This document shows, one piece after another, positions 37,385 to 46,596 of a stretch of 64,000 nucleotides of DNA. Within the stretch, counting starts at the first letter, position 1. The number at the start of each line of letters is the position of its first letter. The notes beneath the pieces are model-generated. The model saw only the letters and a program-made list of their open reading frames with translations. It did no database searches and was not told where the DNA came from. The position numbers and the translations under genes were made by a program. The stretch is from an uncultured Muribaculaceae bacterium (GTDB taxonomy: Bacteria; Bacillota_I; Bacilli_A; RF39; UBA660): contig CAZHBS010000003.1 of the NCBI GenBank assembly GCA_964530845.1, positions 6,280 to 70,279 on the forward strand, written 5' to 3'.

Positions 37385-38848
37385 ATGAAAAAGAAGAAAA
37401 GAATAGATATCCCAACAACAAAAACAATGAAAATATTACTTGGAATAACATTTGGATTAATTGCGATAGAACTAATTCTTTTAGTATTAGGTATTTTAAG
37501 TAAAAAGATTGCCTATTTTACTTGGACTAATATTTTATTACCAATAAAATCATTAATATATGTAATATCTCAGTTTTTTGCATTTAAAATTGGAACATTT
37601 CCTATTTCTTTATTTTATATAATGATTTTACTAATAGTAATCTTATTATTACTATATGAACCTATAATGAGAAGTGAAAAAATAAAGAAAAAAGATAAAA
37701 TAAAGATTTTATCATTTATTAAAACATTTGAAATAGTTGTCTTTTTACTAGAATTTGGAATATATCTAATTCCTCATTTAATGACCTATAATAATCCTAA
37801 AATAGATACAATATATTTTCCTAAAGAAATAAAAAATAAATATACTAAGGAAGATATATTTGAATATACAAAAAAATTAGAAGATAAGATTATTGAGATA
37901 GGAGCAAAACTAGAAAGGGATAAGAAAGGGAACATAATTATCAATGAAAAATTAGAAGATATCGCTGTAAAAGATATGAAAAAAGCAGGAGAGCGTTATG
38001 ACTTTTTAAAAGGTCCATATCCAAAAAGATATTTAAAATTTACTAAAAAAGAATTAGAAAGAAAAACAACTCTTTATGGATTAACATCCGTAGATACTGT
38101 CAATATAAATTATAGTAGACCATCTCCAATAACTTTAAATATAATAACTCATGAATTGTGTCATACAAAAGGAATTGCTAGAGAAAATGAAGCTGTATTA
38201 TGTTCTGTAATGGTTGGAATAGAAAGCGATAATTTACTTAGCAACTATGGAGCATATTTAGAAGCCTACGAAAGAGCAATCGATGCTTTGAATTTAATAG
38301 ACTCATCACGTGCATTATCGTCAGAAGATAGAATAACTAGTTTATGTATTGATAAAAAGTATCAAGAAATATGTGATATGTACAATAAAACAACAGATTA
38401 TTATGTAGAAGAAGCCAAAGAACTAGAAATCGGTACTTATAATACAAGTTATTATGATAAAGAAGATTTAATAAACATGATTAAAGAACTAGAAGAATTT
38501 AAACCAACATATTATGTAGATGGTGAAAAGATAGATAATAGTGAAATATATAATAATCTAGATGATAATAAACATATCTCATTAACAATAGAAAATGATA
38601 AGGAAAAGTTTGAAAAGATTCAAAAAATCCTGTCTAAATATAAACAAAAACTTCAATATGTCTCACAAATAGTACCAGATGATTATAAAGGAGTAGACTT
38701 AACTGAAGAAGAAGCAGAAGACTACTATACAAAAGAAGTACCAGATAGTAATGCAACAATTCATTTGGATGGAAATATGGATGAAGTGTTTGACTATAGT
38801 AGGGCAACAAGATTAATTATGGAATATTTTGATCATGAAAATATTTAA
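37385..38848 (+). CDS. Membrane-anchored protein with an HExxH motif (DUF3810-like putative metallopeptidase)
   Basis: Several N-terminal TM helices followed by HELCHTKG. The ATG at 37385 is preceded by GTGGTGAT. Confidence 0.6.
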   Translation: MKKKKRIDIPTTKTMKILLGITFGLIAIELILLVLGILSKKIAYFTWTNILLPIKSLIYVISQFFAFKIGTFPISLFYIMILLIVILLLLYEPIMRSEKIKKKDKIKILSFIKTFEIVVFLLEFGIYLIPHLMTYNNPKIDTIYFPKEIKNKYTKEDIFEYTKKLEDKIIEIGAKLERDKKGNIIINEKLEDIAVKDMKKAGERYDFLKGPYPKRYLKFTKKELERKTTLYGLTSVDTVNINYSRPSPITLNIITHELCHTKGIARENEAVLCSVMVGIESDNLLSNYGAYLEAYERAIDALNLIDSSRALSSEDRITSLCIDKKYQEICDMYNKTTDYYVEEAKELEIGTYNTSYYDKEDLINMIKELEEFKPTYYVDGEKIDNSEIYNNLDDNKHISLTIENDKEKFEKIQKILSKYKQKLQYVSQIVPDDYKGVDLTEEEAEDYYTKEVPDSNATIHLDGNMDEVFDYSRATRLIMEYFDHENI

Positions 38849-38896
38849 TTATTAAAAAAATTGTGCTATTATATAAAAAGAAATGGAGGTATTAGT

Positions 38897-39619
38897 ATGA
38901 GTGGACATTCAAAATGGGCTACAATACATAGAAAAAAAGGATTACTTGATGCCGCAAGAGGAAAAGTATTCCAAAAATTAGCAAAAGAAATTATGGTTGC
39001 GGCTAAAGGAGGAAGTCCTGACCCGAATCTAAACGCGTCACTAAGACTTGCAGTTGATAAGGCAAAAGCTCAAAATATGCCTAAGGACAATATTCAAAAA
39101 GCAATTGAGAAAGCAACAGGTGGAGCAGATGGTGCAAACTATGAAAATGTACGTTATGAAGGATATGGACATGGTGGAGTTGCCTTCATGGTAGATTGCT
39201 TAACAGATAACAGAAATAGAACTGCCTCAATGGTAAGATCATCATTCACTAAAGCTGGAGGAAATCTTGGAACAGATGGTTCAGTAAGTTATATGTTTGA
39301 ACGTCGTGGATCAATTGTAATCCCAGGAGAATATGATGAGGACACAATGATGATGACAGCCCTTGATGCTGGAGCATTAGACTTTGAAAAAGTAGAAGAT
39401 AGCTATTTAATCACAACAGATCAAGCTGCATTTACTCAAGTAAAAGATGCCCTAGAATCAGCAGGAGTAAAAGAATTCCTTGAGTGTGAACTAACTTATG
39501 TTCCAAATATGGAAGTAGAACTTGATGAAGAAGGCCAAGAAAAAGTTTTAAAACTTGTAGAAACACTTGAAGACTTAGATGATGTTCAAGATGTATATTA
39601 TAATTTAAAAGAGGATTAA
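38897..39619 (+). CDS. yebC: YebC/PmpR family DNA-binding regulator
   Basis: MSGHSKWATIHRKKG start with a GGAGG RBS; the ORF-track start at 38861 is an extension. Confidence 0.92.
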   Translation: MSGHSKWATIHRKKGLLDAARGKVFQKLAKEIMVAAKGGSPDPNLNASLRLAVDKAKAQNMPKDNIQKAIEKATGGADGANYENVRYEGYGHGGVAFMVDCLTDNRNRTASMVRSSFTKAGGNLGTDGSVSYMFERRGSIVIPGEYDEDTMMMTALDAGALDFEKVEDSYLITTDQAAFTQVKDALESAGVKEFLECELTYVPNMEVELDEEGQEKVLKLVETLEDLDDVQDVYYNLKED

Positions 39620-39687
39620 TTAATTCCCTTTTTTTTCTTGCCCTAAAATTATAAATTATATATAATAGGCACTAAAAGGAAAAATTT

Positions 39688-40611
39688 ATGGAAAAAGAAC
39701 GAGAAAAAGAATTAGGCAAAATTAATTTAAGAATGCACCAAGTAAGAGCACTAAAAGAATTAAGATTACCAAGTGGAATAATGAATACAGAAGCACTAAT
39801 GCTTATTTTAAATAAAAAATATAAGACTCCAGATGGAAGCAGAATGTTATTTAAATATTTAGATGCTCAAGAAGAAAAAGATGTAATGGATAGAAAAACA
39901 AAGACCTTGACTGCTCTTAATAATTCAGAATATAAAGATTTAGATGAATTAATAATTCCCAGTCATTCAGTTATTGTTGATGGTGCTCATGCTGGTTTTG
40001 CTATGCCACTAATAGAAAAACATAGAAACTTAGGGAAAATATTAAATGACGAAAGACTATCTTTTGAATCTAAAAAGAAATTATTAATGCAATTAGGTGA
40101 TCTAATAGATAAAGTACGAAGAGTAAAAAGCAAACATCCAGTCTACTTTGGAGATTTAAATGAATTCAATTTTATAATTGATCAAGAAGGAAGACTAAGA
40201 GCAATCGATCTAGATAGTGTCTTTGTAAGTGGCCTAAAAGGAGTAGAACCATCAAGACTTGCTTATTATTTATTGAAAAACAACTATATTGCTCAAATAC
40301 CTGATAAATATAAAACAACAAATGAAGGTATTATAATACCAAGTGAGAATAGTGATTTATATTGTTATAACATGATAATACTAGATACCTTAGCAAACGA
40401 AAGAATGTTTAAAGTTGATATGTCAACATACTATCAGTATCTAATGTATTTAGAATCTATTGGTATCCCAAAAAGTTTATTAGAGTCATTTGAAAGAATA
40501 TACTTACCAAAAGAAAATATTAATCCAAGAAGAGTAATTGAAGAAGTACCAAAAAGATTAGGAAAGAAATGTGACTTTGGAACATTCAAAGAAAAATATA
40601 AGATTAAGTAA
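39688..40611 (+). CDS. Protein-kinase-like fold protein (atypical)
   Basis: The catalytic-loop-like GDLNEFNFIID (D-x4-N) and the metal-binding-like AIDLDS resemble the HRDxxxxN and DFG elements. No clear glycine-rich loop. Confidence 0.5.
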   Translation: MEKEREKELGKINLRMHQVRALKELRLPSGIMNTEALMLILNKKYKTPDGSRMLFKYLDAQEEKDVMDRKTKTLTALNNSEYKDLDELIIPSHSVIVDGAHAGFAMPLIEKHRNLGKILNDERLSFESKKKLLMQLGDLIDKVRRVKSKHPVYFGDLNEFNFIIDQEGRLRAIDLDSVFVSGLKGVEPSRLAYYLLKNNYIAQIPDKYKTTNEGIIIPSENSDLYCYNMIILDTLANERMFKVDMSTYYQYLMYLESIGIPKSLLESFERIYLPKENINPRRVIEEVPKRLGKKCDFGTFKEKYKIK

Positions 40612-40615
40612 CTTA

Positions 40616-40640
40616 AAACATTTGTTCAATAAATGTTTGC
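40616..40640. promoter_or_regulatory. SOS-box-like repeats upstream of ruvA
   Basis: The minus strand reads GAACAAATGTTT (40616-40627) and the plus strand AATAAATGTTTG (40628-40639). Each matches the polymerase-promoter box at 11 of 12 positions. They abut a candidate -35 TTGCTT with TATAAT at 40660-40665. The region could alternatively be a weak hairpin. Confidence 0.3.
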
Positions 40641-40683
40641 TTATATTTCATAATTAGTTTATAATGATAATGGAGATGATTAG

Positions 40684-41247
40684 ATGTACGATTACATAAA
40701 AGGAACAATAGCTTATATAAGAAATAATTCAATAGTAGTAGATAATAATGGAATAGGATATCAAGTTTATGTATCAAATCCATATTCATTTGAAATTAAT
40801 AAAGATTATAAAATATATGTATACCAACATATTACAGAAGATGAAAATACACTATATGGATTTAAAACAATAGAAGAAAAAGAGTTTTTCTTAAAGTTAA
40901 TTAGTGTAAAAGGTCTTGGTTGCAAAATGGCTTTACCTATTTTAGCAGTAGGACAAATTGATGGTATTATGGATGCCATTGAAAGAGAAAATATTTTGTA
41001 TCTAAAGAAGTTTCCTAAAATTGGAGATAAACTTGCAAAACAAATAATCCTAGACTTAAAAGGAAAATTAGAGTTTATTGGTGTTGGAATAAGTGATGAT
41101 GAGATTACAACTGAAAATGAATTAAAAGAAGTATTATTAGGATTAGGATACAAAGAAAAAGAAATAGTACCAGTACTTGCTAAAGTAGATACATCACTAC
41201 CTATTGAAGGACAAGTAAAAGACGCCTTGAAGTTATTATTAAGATGA
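40684..41247 (+). CDS. ruvA: Holliday junction branch-migration complex subunit RuvA
   Basis: MYDYIKGTI...GIGYQVYVS and the helix-hairpin-helix region LISVKGLGCKMAL. Confidence 0.92.
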   Translation: MYDYIKGTIAYIRNNSIVVDNNGIGYQVYVSNPYSFEINKDYKIYVYQHITEDENTLYGFKTIEEKEFFLKLISVKGLGCKMALPILAVGQIDGIMDAIERENILYLKKFPKIGDKLAKQIILDLKGKLEFIGVGISDDEITTENELKEVLLGLGYKEKEIVPVLAKVDTSLPIEGQVKDALKLLLR

Positions 41248-41627
41248 GCAAAATAACTAGATTTAAAGATAAAATAGTAGATGATTTATATAAAGAAGTC
41301 TATGATATAATTTTCTCATTAGAAGAAGATTATGATTTAAAAGTATCAGTAAATCCCTTAGAACTGATGGTTATACTAAGTATGTTTTATGACTATTATG
41401 AGTCAAAAGGAATATTATATGATTTTAAGGAATATATGATAGGACACTTTGAGGATATCGCAATAACTGCAATTGAAAATGGTGATGATATTACAACAGA
41501 ATATATACTTAATGGAATGAAACTATTTGAATTATTAGATTCAAGAATAGAAGTAAATCCCAAAGAAACAACCAAAGTAATTCAAAAAATAAGAGAAAAA
41601 ATAAAGAAAGGTAAGAATAGTCAATGA
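41244..41627 (+). CDS. Small acidic hypothetical protein nested between ruvA and ruvB
   Basis: ATGA overlaps at both ends (41244-41247 and 41624-41627). 127 aa, no motif recognised. Confidence 0.6.
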   Translation: MSKITRFKDKIVDDLYKEVYDIIFSLEEDYDLKVSVNPLELMVILSMFYDYYESKGILYDFKEYMIGHFEDIAITAIENGDDITTEYILNGMKLFELLDSRIEVNPKETTKVIQKIREKIKKGKNSQ

Positions 41628-42619
41628 AAGAAAGTATTGTAAAAAATTATGATTTATTTGATGATAACACAATAGATAATACAATAAGACCCGAAACAAT
41701 TGATGAATATATTGGTCAAACCGATGTAAAAGAAAATATAAAGGTGTTTGTAAGTGCTGCAAAAATGCGTAATGAGCCCTTAGATCATGTATTGCTTTAT
41801 GGCCCACCTGGTCTTGGAAAAACAACCTTAGCATTTATAATTGCTCATGAACTTGGTACAAATATAAAAACAGCAAGTGGTCCAAGCATTGAAAAATCAG
41901 GAGACTTAGCTGCAATTTTATCTTCTCTTGAACCAGGAGATGTTTTATTCATTGATGAAATCCATAGAATGCCAAGATATATTGAAGAAATATTATATCC
42001 TGCCATGGAAGACTTTTCTCTTGATATAATTGTTGGAAGTGAAGGAAATAGTAGAAATATAAAAATAGATCTTCCACCATTTACTTTAGTAGGCGCAACA
42101 ACAAGAGCAGGAGACTTATCTTCTCCCTTAAGAGATAGGTTTGGAATAACATCAAAGTTACAATTTTATTCAGTTGATGAATTAACAGATATTATAAAAA
42201 GAACATCTCGTGTTCTAGATATGCCAATATCAGATGAAGCAGCTTTTGAACTTGCAACAAGAAGCAGAGGAACACCTAGAATTGCCAATAGATTATTTAA
42301 ACGTGTAAGAGATTTCGCCATGGTAAAAGAAAGTGATGAGATTACCAAAGAAATAACAGAAGAGGCCCTTGATAGATTAAAAGTAGATAAGATTGGTCTA
42401 GATAACACAGATAGAGATATTTTACTTGCAATCATCAATAAATTTAATGGAGGACCTGTTGGAATAGAAGCACTAAGTAGTTCAATAGGTGAAGAAGTAA
42501 CAACAATAGAAGATGTTTATGAACCATATTTATTACAAATCGGCCTATTAAAAAGAACAGCTAGAGGAAGAGTAGTAACTGATAAAGCCTACGAAGTTCT
42601 AGGAATAGAAAAAAAATAA
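41624..42619 (+). CDS. ruvB: Holliday junction branch-migration ATPase RuvB
   Basis: [11 protein letters not shown], Walker [10 protein letters not shown], Walker B LFIDEIHR. Confidence 0.95.
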   Translation: MKESIVKNYDLFDDNTIDNTIRPETIDEYIGQTDVKENIKVFVSAAKMRNEPLDHVLLYGPPGLGKTTLAFIIAHELGTNIKTASGPSIEKSGDLAAILSSLEPGDVLFIDEIHRMPRYIEEILYPAMEDFSLDIIVGSEGNSRNIKIDLPPFTLVGATTRAGDLSSPLRDRFGITSKLQFYSVDELTDIIKRTSRVLDMPISDEAAFELATRSRGTPRIANRLFKRVRDFAMVKESDEITKEITEEALDRLKVDKIGLDNTDRDILLAIINKFNGGPVGIEALSSSIGEEVTTIEDVYEPYLLQIGLLKRTARGRVVTDKAYEVLGIEKK

Positions 42620-42638
42620 ACTGACAATGTCAGTTTTT
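42618..42638 (+). terminator. Rho-independent terminator
   Basis: Stem aaactg / cagttt followed by a T-run, just after the ruvB stop. Confidence 0.55.
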
Positions 42639-42705
42639 CTTATTAAATAATGCTTTAATAATAAATAAAAAAGTGTTATAATTATCAGTGATTTGGAGGG
42701 ATACC

Positions 42706-43731
42706 ATGAAAGTAGAAGAATTTGATTATAATTTACCAGAAGAATTAATCGCACAAACACCAATAGAAAAAAGAGATGAATCAAGATTACTTGTTTTAGA
42801 TAAAACAACAGGAGAAGTAGAACATAAAAAATTCTATAATATAATCGACTATTTAAATGAAGGAGATACTTTAGTTTTAAATGATACAAAAGTATTACCT
42901 GCACGACTAATTGGTGTAAAAGAAGAAACAAATGCCGTAATAGAAATATTATTATTAAAAAATATAAAAGGTGATGATTGGGAATGCCTTGTAAAACCAG
43001 CGAGAAGAATAAAAGTTGGAACAATCGTATCTTTTGGTGATGGAAAATTAAAAGCTAAATGTATCGGTGAATATGACGAAGGAATTAGACATTTTACTTT
43101 AATATATGATGGTATTCTACTAGAAATATTAGAAGAGTTAGGAACAATGCCACTTCCTCCATACATTCATGAAAAACTAGATGATCAATCACGTTACCAA
43201 ACAGTTTATGCTAAAGAAGTAGGTAGTGCCGCAGCACCAACTGCTGGACTACATTTTACTAAAGATTTATTAAAAAAAATTGAAGAAAAGAAAATTAATA
43301 TTGCCTATATTACACTACATGTAGGTTTAGGAACATTTAGACCAGTTAGTGTTGAAAAGATAGAAGATCATAAAATGCATAGTGAGTACTATACAATGTC
43401 ACAAGAAGTAGCTGATTTACTAAATGAAACAAAAAAGAATAATAAAAAGATAATTGCAGTAGGAACAACAAGCACAAGAACATTAGAAACAATTATGAAT
43501 TTATATGGTGAATTTAGAGAATGCAGTGGTTGGACAGATATTTTTATTTATCCAGGCTATAAGTTTAAAGGAATAGATAATTTAATTACAAATTTCCATT
43601 TACCAAAGTCAACACTTGTAATGTTAGTATCTGCTCTTGCAGGAAGAGAAAATATATTAAACGCCTACAAGATTGCAGTAGAAGAAAAATATCGCTTCTT
43701 CTCATTCGGAGATGCCATGTTTATAAAGTAA
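42706..43731 (+). CDS. queA: S-adenosylmethionine:tRNA ribosyltransferase-isomerase
   Basis: [19 protein letters not shown] start after a GGAGGG RBS; the ORF-track start at 42688 is an extension. Confidence 0.93.
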   Translation: MKVEEFDYNLPEELIAQTPIEKRDESRLLVLDKTTGEVEHKKFYNIIDYLNEGDTLVLNDTKVLPARLIGVKEETNAVIEILLLKNIKGDDWECLVKPARRIKVGTIVSFGDGKLKAKCIGEYDEGIRHFTLIYDGILLEILEELGTMPLPPYIHEKLDDQSRYQTVYAKEVGSAAAPTAGLHFTKDLLKKIEEKKINIAYITLHVGLGTFRPVSVEKIEDHKMHSEYYTMSQEVADLLNETKKNNKKIIAVGTTSTRTLETIMNLYGEFRECSGWTDIFIYPGYKFKGIDNLITNFHLPKSTLVMLVSALAGRENILNAYKIAVEEKYRFFSFGDAMFIK

Positions 43732-43740
43732 AAAAGAGTT

Positions 43741-46437
43741 TTAAACTCTTTTATTTTTTAATGATAAAACTAATTGTTTAACATCCTTTTTATAGATTGC
43801 TTCTCTAACTAATTCAATAGTAGCCTTCATTTCCTCTTCAGCACGTGGATCATTAGATAAACATTTATTATAAATTGAATGATTACCAGTTACTAATACA
43901 TACCAATCTTCATTATAGAATGCATATAAAATACCAGCACTAGTAGCCTTTTTAAATTCTTTTTTCTCCTCATCTGATGCTAAATCATAATTAACTCCAT
44001 TTATTGTATTCAAAGCACATTGTTGATTTAGATAGTCATCCTCATCTTTAAAGTCACATGACTTAACTTTCTCTCTTGGATCTTGATACTTAATTTCACT
44101 TTTACCATATTTAAGAGAACTAAGAGAACAATCCTCGTCTTGATATATAACATTTAATTTAGTGTGATATTCATCAGTGTTTCTATATGTATTATCCTTT
44201 TTTTCTAAAATAGTAGGAGTAGGTATAGTATCAGGCCACTGCGTACTTTCAGGCTTAATATAGGAATTTCTTCCAATAGTTGCAACCTTTATCTTTTCTT
44301 TCTCTTTCTTACATCTATTTACAATCGCATTAATTCCTGCCATAAAAGCATCTTTAATATTATCAAAACCATCTTTCGCAATACACTCAATACTATTTGC
44401 GATTAACAATTCTCCATTTCGCTTTAAAGGACTAAATGCAACAGGATTATTATCATTATCATATATAATTAATATTCTTCCACTTTCACATAATAAGGCA
44501 TGCAATAAGTGTTTATGAGCAATATCTAAAACTCTTATACAACAACTTGCTCTATATCCTAGCACATAAGCAATTATATCATGTAACCTCATAGTTTCAT
44601 ATCGATAACCATTACTTGCTTTGCCATTAACATAAGGAATAGTTGATTCAATTCTCTTTTGTTGCTTTTGATATATTTTACAAGCTTCATCATAAACATC
44701 ATTAGTTTTATGTATTGTCTTATTCCCAACACCAATTTCTTGTAAGACACTTTCCAATCTATGACAATTTGGAGGAAGTGGATAATTAACTGTATTTAAT
44801 TTTTCTTTTAAGATAATCTCAACTTTAGGAAGTGTGAGATGTCCATGACATAATTCTTTTAACTCATCAATGTTATTGTATAGGTAGTACCAGTTCTTAG
44901 ATATATTACATTCTCCATCAAATAGATGAGTAATCTGACCACTAACAAATAAAAATGTAATAAAATTGTCATTTAAAACAGGTTCAAACTTTTTACCAAC
45001 AGCCTTCATCTCAACATCTTTTACTATTAACTTACTAACATTATCCAAAAACTGTTTAGATACCTTTCCGTATTGTCCTTCCAGGATTGCCACTGTTCTA
45101 TCAAGACCAAAAGCAAAATATAATTTAATTGCTTTAGAATATATATCAGATATTTCATCCTGACTTTCATCTTGCAAATATTTAGATATTTTATTAATAT
45201 GTTTAACATTTAAATTCAAAATTTGCTTAGGACTTATTCCATTTAAATAATCCATGTATCTAGAAGATAAACCAAACTTTACAAAAAACATACTCTTTAA
45301 ATCAGTAGGTCTAAAGAATAAACTGGCTGCAGTTTCTTTATCAATATTAAGTAAACAATTCTTAAGTAATGGTAGTATTTGCATCTTTTCTTCATCACTA
45401 TATTCTTCTTGAAATAATTTCTTAAACATATAGTTTAGAAAAACATCACACTTATCACCACTAGTTAATACTTGCACTATAGTTTGAAATATTGGGAAAT
45501 ATGCCTTATTATCTAATAATTCAAAATCAATATATTTAGGAGATAAAATACTTCCATCTTTAATTGCATTACCAATAATTTCAATTAATACATCTTTAAG
45601 CTTTTCTTTATCAACAACATTATTATCAGAACCTTCTAATATCATTAATTCTCTAATTGAAAGTTTTTCCAAGAAAGAATAACTTAAATCAAATTTTTTG
45701 TTTTCTTTACCTAGAAAATATATTTTACTTCTAAGTAAATTACCAAGAGATTTTTTATCACTGTCATAATATGAATTGACCTTTGTTTCTGTAAATATTT
45801 GTAAGAAATCATCTGGAAGCATCAAAGTAGGGTGATAACCATTTAGAAAATAGCAAAAACATGACTTCTGCCTAGAATTTGCATACTTATATAAATCACT
45901 AGAAACTGTATTATTAAAAAGTGCAGGAATATTTACCTGACTAATTACACTAGCAGGTATCTTTTTAGAAAAGAGAATTATCATTTGATAATATTTATTA
46001 TCTACTAGGGAATCTAATAACTTTTTACTTTTAATAGTCTTCATGAATAATTCAAATATACGCATTTTTTCTTTAGAAAAATAAAATTTACCAGCCTTCT
46101 TTTTTTTCTCAAGTTCAGTAGAGTGATAAAATTTGTTATTCTTAACTGTTTCAAATAAAATATCATCACTAATGTTTCCAATCCCAAATAATCTTTTCTG
46201 ACAAGTTACATCTTCAAATATCTTTTCTTGTGTCTTAGCTCCACCATACCTAAATGCCATAGATAAAATACTATCATCAGAAGATCTAATAATTCTATTT
46301 AGTATTTCATAATCAGAAAAAACTAGATCAATCTCATCTTCCTCTAAATCCTTTAAAACAGCATAAAGTTTTTTCTTTTCAATAAAAGGGCCTTTTTTTA
46401 AATTAATTTTTGCATTTTCTACTTTTATATAATCCAT
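43741..46437 (-). CDS. Large (898 aa) cytoplasmic hypothetical protein
   Basis: Long uninterrupted ORF with no signal peptide or TM and no motif I can name. It is bounded by a bidirectional hairpin at about 43731-43757. Confidence 0.7.
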   Translation of the reverse strand: MDYIKVENAKINLKKGPFIEKKKLYAVLKDLEEDEIDLVFSDYEILNRIIRSSDDSILSMAFRYGGAKTQEKIFEDVTCQKRLFGIGNISDDILFETVKNNKFYHSTELEKKKKAGKFYFSKEKMRIFELFMKTIKSKKLLDSLVDNKYYQMIILFSKKIPASVISQVNIPALFNNTVSSDLYKYANSRQKSCFCYFLNGYHPTLMLPDDFLQIFTETKVNSYYDSDKKSLGNLLRSKIYFLGKENKKFDLSYSFLEKLSIRELMILEGSDNNVVDKEKLKDVLIEIIGNAIKDGSILSPKYIDFELLDNKAYFPIFQTIVQVLTSGDKCDVFLNYMFKKLFQEEYSDEEKMQILPLLKNCLLNIDKETAASLFFRPTDLKSMFFVKFGLSSRYMDYLNGISPKQILNLNVKHINKISKYLQDESQDEISDIYSKAIKLYFAFGLDRTVAILEGQYGKVSKQFLDNVSKLIVKDVEMKAVGKKFEPVLNDNFITFLFVSGQITHLFDGECNISKNWYYLYNNIDELKELCHGHLTLPKVEIILKEKLNTVNYPLPPNCHRLESVLQEIGVGNKTIHKTNDVYDEACKIYQKQQKRIESTIPYVNGKASNGYRYETMRLHDIIAYVLGYRASCCIRVLDIAHKHLLHALLCESGRILIIYDNDNNPVAFSPLKRNGELLIANSIECIAKDGFDNIKDAFMAGINAIVNRCKKEKEKIKVATIGRNSYIKPESTQWPDTIPTPTILEKKDNTYRNTDEYHTKLNVIYQDEDCSLSSLKYGKSEIKYQDPREKVKSCDFKDEDDYLNQQCALNTINGVNYDLASDEEKKEFKKATSAGILYAFYNEDWYVLVTGNHSIYNKCLSNDPRAEEEMKATIELVREAIYKKDVKQLVLSLKNKRV

Positions 46438-46515
46438 AATTACTACTCCTAAAACATCTCATTATTATAATTTAATCAATTAAAAAAAACAACTATTTAA
46501 TAGTCATTTCATTTC

Positions 46516-46544
46516 TTGCAAAAAAGGGCTTTGTATGTTATAAT
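46516..46544 (+). promoter_or_regulatory. Sigma-A promoter with an extended -10 for the Gre-like gene
   Basis: TTGCAA (46516-46521), 17-nt spacer, TGtTATAAT (-10 at 46539-46544). Confidence 0.55.
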
Positions 46545-46596
46545 ATCGACTGTTTAAAGGAATGAAATAATTATATTTATTTAGGGGGATAATTAT

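Noticed and set aside
38861-38896. N-terminal extensions suggested by the ORF track for yebC (38861), queA (42688), pyrH (32076), the HD protein (52901), the PPase (53429), the flippase (63999), the lipoprotein (7369) and murD (22208).
   Set aside because: In each case an internal ATG is preceded by a proper Shine-Dalgarno sequence and restores the conserved family N-terminus. The longer forms start at non-ATG codons or unsupported codons without an RBS.
41541-43024. Minus-strand ORFs 41541-41834 and 42599-43024 across the ruvB and queA regions.
   Set aside because: They are antisense to ruvB and queA, whose identities are unambiguous. Their products are leucine/tyrosine-rich nonsense.
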